DNA of 52,696 nt, taken from positions 1-52,696 of the forward strand of contig CAZRCO010000001.1 of the NCBI GenBank assembly GCA_964598635.1, in the 5' to 3' direction. Under the pieces are notes generated by a model, which saw nothing but the letters and a program-made list of their open reading frames with translations, was not told the origin of the DNA and made no database searches. Shown piece by piece: positions 17,240 through 26,423 of the stretch. The first letter of the stretch is position 1, and the number at the start of each line of letters is the position of its first letter. The stretch comes from Candidatus Woesearchaeota archaeon. GTDB taxonomy: Archaea; Nanobdellota; Nanobdellia; Pacearchaeales; GW2011-AR1. The position numbers and the translations under genes are program-made.

Positions 17240-17908
17240 TTAATACAAATAATCTTTTAATTGATTAACTGAATCTAATTTGTAAACAGTCTCTCTGCCA
17301 TCAATAATCAGTGCAGGAGAATCAGAAATCTCATACTTTTCAATAAAGTAATCCAAAGAAGTCAAATTACTGTTAACAGCTATTGGGATTAAAACAACCC
17401 CATTGCCCTTTTCCTGTTTAAGTTGGAATAAGATTTCAGACCAGACCCTTTGTGTGGCTTTTTTAACCAAATCATCAGGGTCATATTCATATAAATAGAC
17501 TATATAAGAAAAATTACTTTCACATTTATCTTTTATTTTTACTGTATTGGTCCATAAAAAAGTTCTTAATAAATCATATTTCCTATGTGCTAATTTCATA
17601 CTCTCGCTAATTTTTCCTGATTGTTCATATTTTTCCAAAAGCAGAGCCTCATCGTAAATTGTATCTGCAAATTTGATGTTAGAATCAATTAATTTCTCAC
17701 AGCTAAGATTTCCAAAATCATTTATATTATTAAAGACAAAAATATCCATTAAGAAAATTTCTGATTTAGCATAATATTGGTTTATATCATCTAATTTCCT
17801 TGCTTCAAAAGAAACCCCTAAAAGCAGTCCCAAAACGAACATAATACCTGCTAAAAGAAGAGCTTCCCAAAATGCATTTTTTGGATTTCCCAATTTCATT
17901 TTTACCAT
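17240..17908 (-). CDS. Membrane-anchored hypothetical protein
   Basis: 222 aa with one N-terminal TM segment (FWEALLLAGIMFVLGLLLGV). Overlaps the upstream GT2 gene by 7 nt. Confidence 0.5.
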   Translation of the reverse strand: MVKMKLGNPKNAFWEALLLAGIMFVLGLLLGVSFEARKLDDINQYYAKSEIFLMDIFVFNNINDFGNLSCEKLIDSNIKFADTIYDEALLLEKYEQSGKISESMKLAHRKYDLLRTFLWTNTVKIKDKCESNFSYIVYLYEYDPDDLVKKATQRVWSEILFQLKQEKGNGVVLIPIAVNSNLTSLDYFIEKYEISDSPALIIDGRETVYKLDSVNQLKDYLY

Positions 17909-19134
17909 TTAACCTGTCTCTTTAGGAATTTGTATCCTGAAACAATTAATACTATGGGGTATAATAACAAATAACCAAAGGTATATGTCAAAAGATCAAA
18001 CAAACTGTGCTTTTTAAATTCTTTTTCTTTTGAGTATGATAAAGCTATAATTGTGAAAGAAATACCCAAGATAAAAATCAGCCATCCGAAAAATATAAGC
18101 ACATTTGGGGTAAGGTTTATTTCTCTTAAAGTCAAAATAGCTACCTGACTTTCTACGGAAAAACGAGTGGAAAGATAATAAAAAAAGATTCTTCTGAAAA
18201 TCCTGTAAGCCAAAACAAAGATTCCAAAAACAGCCAAAATCCATGAAGAAACAAAAAGAGGCAGAACAAAATTTCCTAACATTCCTCTTTTAAGGAATGA
18301 TTTTTTATATTTACTAATTGTCTGAATTCCTCCTAAATTCCATCTTATTCTCTGATTAAACCATTCCTTAAGATTATTGGGAGCAATTGTATAAACTCTT
18401 GCAAGATTACACATTCCCACATTATATCCTTCAGAAATTAAATGCCAGGTAATTTCTATATCTTCAGTTAAATTGCCCTCATCAAACCCCCCAACTTCAT
18501 CAAAATATTTTCTTTTGTATATTGCCAAAGGTCCTGGAGTAACATAAACAGCGTCTACAAATCCAAGAAGTCTTCTTGTAAAGGAAATAATTTTATATTC
18601 TATTGACTGAAGTTTTTCAATAAATTTATTTCTTCCCTTAACTAAAATCATAGGAGTTACAGCTGCTATTTTTTCATCATCAAAGAAACCAATCATTTTT
18701 CTTATTGATTCCTTCTGGGGAAATGAATCTGCATCAGTAAACCCGATTAATTCTGAATCTGAAAACTTTGTACCATAATTTTTAGCCCCGCTTGCTCTTC
18801 CTGTATTTTTTGGGGTTCTGACTACAATAACTTTGGGGTACTTACCTGCAAATTTTTTTATAATTTCATATGAATTATCTGTGCTGCAATCATCGACAAC
18901 AATAATCTTCTTCAATCCCCTATAATCGGAATTCAAAAGAGACTTTACACTTTCCACAATATTTTCCTGCTCATTATAACACGGAATAACCATATTCAAA
19001 GAATACTCTCTTGATATTTCTGGATAGGAAAAAAAACGTTTTCTGTTTGAAATATAAATTAGGCTGAAAAGAAAGAAAAAATAAAATGCTATGAAAATGT
19101 AAACAAAAAAAACAATGGTTAAAAATTCAGGCAT
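17902..19134 (-). CDS. Family 2 glycosyltransferase, processive-synthase type (membrane-integrated)
   Basis: VVDDCSTDNS, FTDADS, LTEDIE and QRIRW (the D, DxD, TED, QxxRW set), flanked by multiple TM segments. Confidence 0.85.
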   Translation of the reverse strand: MPEFLTIVFFVYIFIAFYFFFLFSLIYISNRKRFFSYPEISREYSLNMVIPCYNEQENIVESVKSLLNSDYRGLKKIIVVDDCSTDNSYEIIKKFAGKYPKVIVVRTPKNTGRASGAKNYGTKFSDSELIGFTDADSFPQKESIRKMIGFFDDEKIAAVTPMILVKGRNKFIEKLQSIEYKIISFTRRLLGFVDAVYVTPGPLAIYKRKYFDEVGGFDEGNLTEDIEITWHLISEGYNVGMCNLARVYTIAPNNLKEWFNQRIRWNLGGIQTISKYKKSFLKRGMLGNFVLPLFVSSWILAVFGIFVLAYRIFRRIFFYYLSTRFSVESQVAILTLREINLTPNVLIFFGWLIFILGISFTIIALSYSKEKEFKKHSLFDLLTYTFGYLLLYPIVLIVSGYKFLKRQVKW

Positions 19135-19135
19135 A

Positions 19136-19690
19136 TTAATCCTCCAAATCCCCTCTTTTCTTTAAAAAATTTTCTGAATCACTCCCTTCTTTGTGTCCCA
19201 AATTAAAATAATTATAAAAGTTTTCAGCCAGAGAAAGTTCGTAACTTCTTCCCAGCTTTTTCTTTTTAACCAAACCAAGCTCTGCAAACTTTCTTATATG
19301 GTCATATCCTTTATTACCTCGGATTTTAATCAAAACAGATTGCTTGATTGGCTGTTTAAAGGCAATAATTGCCAAAGTTTCCTGCTCAGCTTTGCTAAAT
19401 TCTGAATTCCCTGTAGCAAGCTTATTTATAATATTAGAATACTCCTGTCTGACATCCATCTTCCATAATTCATTTTTTTCAACAATTTCAATAGCAGAAT
19501 CATCATCATATTTCTCCTGTAACTTCTCGATTAATTCTCTGATAATGATAGGATTTAAGTCACTTAGAGATACTAATTCCTGCATTGACAAAAATCTCCC
19601 AGATACAAAGAAAATTGCCTCTAATCTCTTCAAATATTCTTTTTCTCTCGCATCATCAATTTCATCCGCAGTTTTGGATGATATTTCCAT
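19136..19690 (-). CDS. scpB: Segregation and condensation protein B
   Basis: 184 aa. LEAIFFVSGRFLSMQELV and ETLAIIAFKQPIKQSVLIKIRG are ScpB winged-helix repeats. Confidence 0.75.
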   Translation of the reverse strand: MEISSKTADEIDDAREKEYLKRLEAIFFVSGRFLSMQELVSLSDLNPIIIRELIEKLQEKYDDDSAIEIVEKNELWKMDVRQEYSNIINKLATGNSEFSKAEQETLAIIAFKQPIKQSVLIKIRGNKGYDHIRKFAELGLVKKKKLGRSYELSLAENFYNYFNLGHKEGSDSENFLKKRGDLED

Positions 19691-19763
19691 AAAATAAAGA
19701 AAGGAATAGCGTTTAAAAGCATTTTCAAAAAAAATTTATAAACGCCTTTAATATTATTATTTA

Positions 19764-20603
19764 ATGAAATGGAAAAAGGGGTATACTTACATTCTCTTAG
19801 TTTTAATTATCAGCACTACAATCTTTACTGTTTATGCTCTTGTAACTGCAACAGGTTCGGGACATCCTTATACAGAAATCTTAGTTACAGTAAATGGGTA
19901 TAATGTAACACTACAACAGGCAATTAATAATGGGTGGCTTAAAGGTACAGGCCAGCCAACTTTTTCCACTCTTTTTGCAGTCCCAAATCCCGGGCATAGT
20001 GCAAGTGAAATTTTGATTACAGTAAATGGATACGATGTAACATTACAGGATGCAATAAATCAGGATTATTTTAAAGGAACAGGCACAATATCATCTTCTT
20101 CGTCAGTTCCTTCAAAAGGACATCCTGCAACAGAAATTGAGGTAACTGTAAATGGTGTTAAAAAGTCTTTACAAGATGCTCTTCCTGAAATTAGCCAAAC
20201 TTGTGCAGCAAATTATGGGCAAAGTTGTCCTTCCGGTGATGCTTCATGCATTAATCCAGGAACAATACAGTGCGATGGAACATGTTCAGGAAGTTACAAA
20301 ACTAAAGGAACAAACTGTGCTGCTGATGACTGGCATGCATGTAATGGAACAGGAAGTTGTTTAGGTTGGACCGGTTATGGTTGTCCAAAGTGTCCATTTG
20401 GATTCACCCAATTCGCATGTTGTCCGGGTGGAGCAAGTTCATGTGCAACAGGCTGGGTTTGTGGAGCATGTAAGAATTTAGGCATATATCAAGGAACGCC
20501 AGATTATTATAGTGGGGGGTGGGCATTATCTTCTCCGATATGTGGAGTTGCAAAACCAGCACAGCAGATAGTTATTAGTAATACATGGAAAATGAAACCC
20601 TAA
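19764..20603 (+). CDS. Secreted or membrane-anchored protein: three GH-x-x-x-EI...TVNG...LQ-x-AI repeats plus a Cys-rich C-terminal domain
   Basis: N-terminal TM/signal segment YTYILLVLIISTTIFTVYALV. Repeats: GHPYTEILVTVNGYNVTLQQAINNGWLKGTG, GHSASEILITVNGYDVTLQDAINQDYFKGTG and GHPATEIEVTVNGVKKSLQDAL. I count 16 Cys in the last 130 or so aa. Confidence 0.6.
   Translation: MKWKKGYTYILLVLIISTTIFTVYALVTATGSGHPYTEILVTVNGYNVTLQQAINNGWLKGTGQPTFSTLFAVPNPGHSASEILITVNGYDVTLQDAINQDYFKGTGTISSSSSVPSKGHPATEIEVTVNGVKKSLQDALPEISQTCAANYGQSCPSGDASCINPGTIQCDGTCSGSYKTKGTNCAADDWHACNGTGSCLGWTGYGCPKCPFGFTQFACCPGGASSCATGWVCGACKNLGIYQGTPDYYSGGWALSSPICGVAKPAQQIVISNTWKMKP
19860..20183 (+). repeat. Three in-frame coding repeats (about 40-44 codons each)
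   Basis: Repeat units start at residues 33, 77 and 119 of the 19764..20603 protein. Confidence 0.7.
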
Positions 20604-21688
20604 ATCTCAAATCTTAGAATTGCTCCTATACCTCCGAGATTTTTGAATTGTTGCCCTTCTTCTGTTTCTATAGAAATAATTTCAACTTTTGCTCCTGTAT
20701 TTTCAGCCATTTTCCTAAGCTCTTTAACTATATTTTTATCTAAACTTTTGGACAGAAAAAGAGTTTCAACAGCACCATATTTTAGAGCTTTTTCAGTATT
20801 TTTTCTTTTCAGAGTTGCCATTTCTGGCCTTTCTCCAAGTGTTTCAAAAAATCTTTCTAAAAGTTTTTTCTCCTGAATTATTTCCTGATTTGCTAAAATA
20901 TCCTGAGATTTTTCAACTAGTTCATGCAAACCCGATTCATCAGAATCTCCTATATCTCTTACACCAATAACTTTTTCTTTTAATTTCGTGACAAGGTAAT
21001 TTCCCTCTAAAAATTCATCTTTTGTTGGAATCGGCCCGCCTACCAAAACCCCTTTGAGTTTTGGCATATCAAAAAATATCTTTTTCATCTCTTCAGCAAT
21101 TCTCTTATAAAATTCTTTTGTCAGACCTTCTGTAATTCTATGAAACCTCTGGCTGCTCTGGCCTCCTGCCCTAACTTTGCTTGGTACCCCGGAAGTCATT
21201 TTTTGTAAAACTTCTATTCTCTTTCCTTCCAATAAACCAATAGTTGCTTCTTTCCTGTCCATAACAAGCAAGCCAAAAACCTCAGAAACCTCAAGCATTT
21301 CTGTTAAAGGTTCAAGAACAAATTCTTTATCACATCTGTATAACCTTGATTTTAAAGGCATTGGAGGCTCTATCACCCACAATTGCAGATCCTGCTGCCC
21401 TTCTGTTTCAGAAATATTCCCGCAAAATATAGCCAAGCCATTTTCAGGAGTTTTCTTTAATCCTTTTAATTCCCTAATAATTTTCTCAAGAGCATCAATA
21501 ACATTTTTTCTTGTTGCAGTTGATTTAATATTTTTTGCTGTTGATTTTTCTGCTTCAAGCTGTTTTTGAACACTGTTAACATCATAACCGGCAGGAATGT
21601 AAACTGTAATCAATTCTGTATGCCTGCCTTTATAGCCTTCCAGTTCAGAAACAATTTCTTCTAACTCTGGTTTTGTAAGCTGTGTCAT
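20600..21688 (-). CDS. prf1: Peptide chain release factor aRF1
   Basis: NIKS (AKNIKSTATRKN) and GGQ (RAGGQSSQRF) motifs. The start overlaps the valS stop by 4 nt. Confidence 0.9.
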   Translation of the reverse strand: MTQLTKPELEEIVSELEGYKGRHTELITVYIPAGYDVNSVQKQLEAEKSTAKNIKSTATRKNVIDALEKIIRELKGLKKTPENGLAIFCGNISETEGQQDLQLWVIEPPMPLKSRLYRCDKEFVLEPLTEMLEVSEVFGLLVMDRKEATIGLLEGKRIEVLQKMTSGVPSKVRAGGQSSQRFHRITEGLTKEFYKRIAEEMKKIFFDMPKLKGVLVGGPIPTKDEFLEGNYLVTKLKEKVIGVRDIGDSDESGLHELVEKSQDILANQEIIQEKKLLERFFETLGERPEMATLKRKNTEKALKYGAVETLFLSKSLDKNIVKELRKMAENTGAKVEIISIETEEGQQFKNLGGIGAILRFEI

Positions 21689-24111
21689 TTTACAAATTTC
21701 ACATTAAACTTTCCTTCATTTATTTCTTCAGCACTTAAAACAGATTTTAAATCAGATAAAACAGATTTTAAAATTTCCTTATCCCTTTTTTCAACAGTTA
21801 AAATAATCTTGGAATTAACTGATTTTTTAGCTTTTGATTTTTCTCTCCTTACGTTAGATATTATTTCAAGCAACAGTTTAAATTTTTCATTGTCATTTTT
21901 GTGTTTCTCTATCTCAAACAAAAATGGCCACTTACACAAATGTACACTTTTTATTTCCTCATTTTTCTTGAAATATTTTTGATAAATTTCTTCTGTAATA
22001 AATGGAGTAAAAGGAGCCATAAGTTTTAAAATTGTAAGCAAAGAATGATAAAGTGTATAATATGCTGATACTCTTTCTTTTTCATTTCCGTTATAAACTC
22101 TGTTTTTAACAATTTCCAGATAATTATCTGTAAAAATTCTCCAGAAAAAAACATCTATTTCTGTTTTAGCATTAGAATAATTATATAAATCAAATGATTT
22201 AGTTGCACTCTCAATTAAATTATTTAGTTGTATCAAAAACAAACGGTCAGTTTCATGAAAGTCTGCTTTTTTAGGTTTTTTGGGTTTATTTTTTAAGTTC
22301 ATAAAAACAAACTTTGAAGCATTGAAAATTTTCGTTACAAATCTTTTTCCTGTAATAACATCTTTTTCCTGATAATCAAAATCTTCCCCAAGCTTTGAAG
22401 AAGCAGCCCAATATCTTAATGCATCTGCCCCGTATTTTTCTATAACTTCCTGAGGGCGGACAATGTTTCCTTTTGATTTTGACATCTTCTCCCCTTTAAG
22501 TGTTACAAATCCAGAAATAACCACGTCTTTCCATGGATTTTTTTTGTAATGGAGCCTTGATTTCAAAAGAGTATTAAACAGCCAAAAAGTAATTATATCA
22601 TGCCCCTGAGGACGAAGAGACATGGGAAATAATTTCCTTTGCACTCTTTTATCCATCAGTTTTATTGCAATCTGCGGACTCATGGAAGAAGTAAACCAGG
22701 TATTCAAAATATCTTTTTCAGGAATAATATCTTTGGACTTGCACTTTGGACATTCATCAACAGGGGGTTTGTCTTTCAAAGGATCCACCGGAAGCTGTTC
22801 CTCCTTTGCAATTATAATCTCCCCACACTTATTGCAATACCAGACAGGGAAAGGAATCCCGAAATATCTTTGATTGCTAACAAGCCAATCCCATTGCAAT
22901 CCTTTAACCCAATTATTATATCTGTGCCTCATATATTTTGGGAACCAGTTTAATTTCTGCCCCCATTTTAACATCTCTTTTTTTAAGTCAAGATATTTAA
23001 CAAACCACTGTTTACTTTTTATAAATTCAATTTCTGCCCCGCATCTTTCATGAACATTTAAAACATGTTTTATCGGCCTCTGTTTAACCAAAAGCCCTGC
23101 CTTTTTCAAATCCTTTAATATCTCTTCTCTTGCCTTTTTTATGCTTAATCCTTTATACTTCCCAGCCAATCCAGTCATATGCCCTTCTTTATTAATTGCC
23201 ATTTTTATTGGAAGATTATGCGCCTTTTGCCATTCCATATCCGTTTGATCGCCAAATGTACAGCACATAACTATTCCTGTTCCTTTTTCCGGATCTGCCC
23301 TTTTGTCTTCTAAAATAGGAACTTCAAAATTAAAAAGAGGAACCCTTGCTTTTTTCCCCTTGTATTTTTTAAATCTCTTATCATCAGGATGGTAAAACAC
23401 AGCAACACATGCAGGCAATAACTCTGGACGCGTTGTTGCAATTACCAAATCTTTTCCTTTCCCAGAACCAAAATTGTCATCATTAGCATCAATCTTGAAA
23501 ATTATATCACTAAAAATAGATTCTGTTTCTTTATCCTGAACTTCTATTTGCGCTACTCCTGTTCTGCATTCCGGACACCACATAGCTGCAGCATCTTTAA
23601 GATACATTCTTTTCTTTTTATATAAATCCAAAAAAGACCATTGACTGATTCTGCGGGAATGTTTTTCTATAGTAGAGTACATTATATTCCAATCACAGCT
23701 TATTCCTATGTTTTTCCAATCCTGAATAAATTTTGGTCTTTCTTCTTTCAAAAATTGTAAACAAAGTTTAACAAATTCGTCTCTGGACATGTCTCTGGAC
23801 TTTACTTTTTTCTCTTTTTCAACAAGTCTTTCTGTAGGCAAACCATTATCATCTGTTCCAAAAGGATAAAAAACTTCGAAACCTTTCATCCTAATATATC
23901 TAATTATAAAATCCTGCTGTGAATAGGAACAAGCATGCCCTATATGCATTTCTCCTGAAACTGTTGGGGGGGGAGTGTCAACAGAATAAATCTTTTTTTT
24001 GCTTTTCGGATTAAATCTGTAAATGTCTTCTTTTTCCCAAAAATTCTTTATTTTTTCTTCGATTTCTTTAAAATTAATTACATTTCCAGCCATGCTAAAC
24101 AATATTATCAC
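21685..24111 (-). CDS. valS: Valyl-tRNA synthetase (class Ia)
   Basis: DTPPPTVSGEMHIGHA (HIGH region), KMSKSKGN, CP1 editing insert, and size around 800 aa. A more likely start is the ATG at 24093 (MAGNVINF...). Confidence 0.8.
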   Translation of the reverse strand: MIILFSMAGNVINFKEIEEKIKNFWEKEDIYRFNPKSKKKIYSVDTPPPTVSGEMHIGHACSYSQQDFIIRYIRMKGFEVFYPFGTDDNGLPTERLVEKEKKVKSRDMSRDEFVKLCLQFLKEERPKFIQDWKNIGISCDWNIMYSTIEKHSRRISQWSFLDLYKKKRMYLKDAAAMWCPECRTGVAQIEVQDKETESIFSDIIFKIDANDDNFGSGKGKDLVIATTRPELLPACVAVFYHPDDKRFKKYKGKKARVPLFNFEVPILEDKRADPEKGTGIVMCCTFGDQTDMEWQKAHNLPIKMAINKEGHMTGLAGKYKGLSIKKAREEILKDLKKAGLLVKQRPIKHVLNVHERCGAEIEFIKSKQWFVKYLDLKKEMLKWGQKLNWFPKYMRHRYNNWVKGLQWDWLVSNQRYFGIPFPVWYCNKCGEIIIAKEEQLPVDPLKDKPPVDECPKCKSKDIIPEKDILNTWFTSSMSPQIAIKLMDKRVQRKLFPMSLRPQGHDIITFWLFNTLLKSRLHYKKNPWKDVVISGFVTLKGEKMSKSKGNIVRPQEVIEKYGADALRYWAASSKLGEDFDYQEKDVITGKRFVTKIFNASKFVFMNLKNKPKKPKKADFHETDRLFLIQLNNLIESATKSFDLYNYSNAKTEIDVFFWRIFTDNYLEIVKNRVYNGNEKERVSAYYTLYHSLLTILKLMAPFTPFITEEIYQKYFKKNEEIKSVHLCKWPFLFEIEKHKNDNEKFKLLLEIISNVRREKSKAKKSVNSKIILTVEKRDKEILKSVLSDLKSVLSAEEINEGKFNVKFVK

Positions 24112-24163
24112 TAATTTATAAAAGTATCATAACATTTTTATATTCATAAATCATCAAAGAGCT

Positions 24164-24325
24164 ATGGCACAAGATAATAGAATAAATCTCCCGGCAGGAT
24201 TCGGCGGATTAATGAGATTCAAGGAAGAATATGCCAGCAAATTTAATCTAAAACCTGTTCATGTTATAATATTCATAATTTTTATAGTTGCATTTAGAAT
24301 TTTACTAAACTTCATATATTCTTAA
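24164..24325 (+). CDS. secG: Preprotein translocase subunit Sec61-beta
   Basis: Translated by hand (53 aa; no ORF this short is listed in the track): MAQDNRINLPAGFGGLMRFKEEYASKFNLKPVHVIIFIIFIVAFRILLNFIYS*. It has the GL-x-R[YF] motif followed by a single C-terminal TM, as in archaeal Sec61-beta. Confidence 0.65.
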   Translation: MAQDNRINLPAGFGGLMRFKEEYASKFNLKPVHVIIFIIFIVAFRILLNFIYS

Positions 24326-24329
24326 CAAA

Positions 24330-24674
24330 ATGTTTCCAGGATTAAACCCAAGAAAAATGAATTCTGTTATGAAACAACTGGGAATAAGTCAGGAAGAAAT
24401 TCCTGCAACAAAAGTAATAATTGAAAAGGAAGGTAATACAGAAAAAATAATAATACAAAATCCTTCTGTAACAAAAATAAAAATGCGGGGGCAGGAAACT
24501 TTTCAGATTACCGGAAAAATTAAGGAAGAATTTATTCAACAGGATATTGTAATCTCTGAGGAAGATATCAAAACAGTAATGGGAAAAACAAATGTAACAT
24601 ATGAACAAGCAAAAAAAACTCTGGAAAAAACTGGAGACCTTGCTGAGACTATTTTAGAATTGAGTAAAAAATAA
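24330..24674 (+). CDS. nac: Nascent polypeptide-associated complex protein (NAC domain plus UBA)
   Basis: MFPGLNPRKMNSVMKQLGI...QETFQITG (NAC), then EEDIKTVMGKTNVTYEQAKKTLEKTGDLAETI (UBA). Confidence 0.85.
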   Translation: MFPGLNPRKMNSVMKQLGISQEEIPATKVIIEKEGNTEKIIIQNPSVTKIKMRGQETFQITGKIKEEFIQQDIVISEEDIKTVMGKTNVTYEQAKKTLEKTGDLAETILELSKK

Positions 24675-24773
24675 AAATGGGTAAAAAATTCAATAAATGA
24701 TTTTTTAAGATAAATATAAAAACCCAAAAATCTTAATGATACATAGTTCTGAATTGGAATATAAGCAAATTTC

Positions 24774-25217
24774 ATGATGGAAGAAATAATTCAAGAGAAA
24801 ATAAGAGCAGATCATCTTTTATATGTTAGTTTAAAATATACAAAAACATGCGATGTTATAATAAATCTTCTTCTAAGATGGAGAAAAATGGTTGAAACAG
24901 CCATACATGAAATTTTAAAACACGCAAAAAAGAAAAAAGTCATTTCTGAAATACCAACAAGTCCTGTTGGAGAAATAGATGAGGTAAGAAAGTTATTCAA
25001 AAAGGATAAAGAGTTTCTGGAAGTAATTGAACTTTACGAAATGTTGAGAAAACTTGAAGGATTAAGAAAAGAAAGTATTGGTGAATTCAGAAAAAATGTT
25101 ACTCTAAAAGTTTTCTATATGGGAAAAGAAATTAACATAAACCTGGATCAACTGAAGATATATGCAAAAATGTTAGAAAAGTTTATAAGCACTACAAAGC
25201 AATTTCTTGTAAGTTAA
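24774..25217 (+). CDS. Hypothetical protein
   Basis: 147-aa helical-looking ORF with no motif I recognise. Confidence 0.45.
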   Translation: MMEEIIQEKIRADHLLYVSLKYTKTCDVIINLLLRWRKMVETAIHEILKHAKKKKVISEIPTSPVGEIDEVRKLFKKDKEFLEVIELYEMLRKLEGLRKESIGEFRKNVTLKVFYMGKEININLDQLKIYAKMLEKFISTTKQFLVS

Positions 25218-25262
25218 ACCCTATAAATCCCAAGCTTATGCAAGGAAAAAAGGGAATATATT

Positions 25263-26054
25263 GTGGAGGAATTTACTTTAAACATGAAGGAATTAATTGT
25301 TATCACCTCTGGGAAGGGGGGCGTTGGAAAAACAACTACTGTTATAAACCTCGGTGCAGCTTTCAATTATTTAGGAAAAGATGTTCTAATTATTGACGGA
25401 AACCTCTCAACCCCCAATATAGGAGTCCTTCTTAACTCTCCTGAAGTTCCTGTAAATCTCAATCATGTATTATCAAAAAAGGCAGACGTATTTGAAGCTG
25501 TTTATGAGCATGATTCTGGTGTAAAAATTATTCCTTCTTCATTATCAATAAAAGAATTAAGAAAAATAAAGCCGGAAAAATTAAAGGATTTTAAAGAAGA
25601 TTTCAAAAAAGTTTCTGAATATATTATTGTAGATAGTGCAGCCGGGCTTGGTCATGAAGCTGTGGCTGCTATTTCATTAGCAGATAAATTAGTTATAGTT
25701 ACAAATCCCGAACTGGCTGCAATTACAGATGCATTAAAAACAATAAAACTTGCAGAGCAAATGAAAAAACCAGTTTTAGGTATAATTATAACACGCGTCA
25801 AAAGAAATAAAATAGAAATGCAGCCCGAAACTGTAAAAGAGATGCTTGAAGTACCCATCTTAGGAATGATTCCTGAGGATATTGATGTACAAAAATCTTT
25901 AAATCTAAAAGATGCGGTTATACACACCCATCCAAAAAGCAAAGCTGCAAGAGCTTATAAAGAAATTGCTGCCAAGATTCTTGATATAGAATATGATTCC
26001 AGTAAAGATAAACCAAGTCTTTGGGAGAGGATTTTTGGGAGAAAAAGTTACTAA
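25263..26054 (+). CDS. minD: MinD/ParA-family P-loop ATPase
   Basis: Deviant Walker A SGKGGVGKTT, plus DSAAGL. The listed start is a GTG; the ATG at 25284 (MKELIVITSGKGG) is more likely. Confidence 0.8.
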   Translation: MEEFTLNMKELIVITSGKGGVGKTTTVINLGAAFNYLGKDVLIIDGNLSTPNIGVLLNSPEVPVNLNHVLSKKADVFEAVYEHDSGVKIIPSSLSIKELRKIKPEKLKDFKEDFKKVSEYIIVDSAAGLGHEAVAAISLADKLVIVTNPELAAITDALKTIKLAEQMKKPVLGIIITRVKRNKIEMQPETVKEMLEVPILGMIPEDIDVQKSLNLKDAVIHTHPKSKAARAYKEIAAKILDIEYDSSKDKPSLWERIFGRKSY

Positions 26055-26081
26055 ATAAATTATCTGATATTAATCCTCATC

Positions 26082-26423
26082 TTATCTGATTCTGCTTCCA
26101 ACTTCAATGTCTTTTTCAGGGGAAATTAAAATGACTTTATCATTTTCTTCATCAACAGCAGCTAAAATCATTCCCTGACTTTCAATACCCCTGATTTTTC
26201 TCGGAGCCAGATTTGTAAATAAAATTATTTTCTTCCCTTTTAATTTGTTTACAGAATAATATGGTTTTATTCCTGCACAAACAACCCTTTTCCCAATTTC
26301 CTCTCCAACATCTAAAATTAATTTGTAAAGTTTATCAGCACTTTCAATTTCTTCAACCTTTTTTACTTGTGCAACTCTTAAATCCAATTTCTGCCAATCA
26401 TTAAATGATACTATGCCTTCCAT
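26082..26423 (-). CDS. Stand-alone tRNA-binding domain protein (Trbp111/CsaA/MetRS C-terminal-domain type)
   Basis: FNDWQKLDLRVAQVKKVEEIESADKLYKLILDVGEE..RVVCAGIK...NLAPRKIRGIESQGMILAA is the OB-fold tRNA-binding pattern. Its ATG overlaps the MetRS stop (TAATG). Confidence 0.8.
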   Translation of the reverse strand: MEGIVSFNDWQKLDLRVAQVKKVEEIESADKLYKLILDVGEEIGKRVVCAGIKPYYSVNKLKGKKIILFTNLAPRKIRGIESQGMILAAVDEENDKVILISPEKDIEVGSRIR

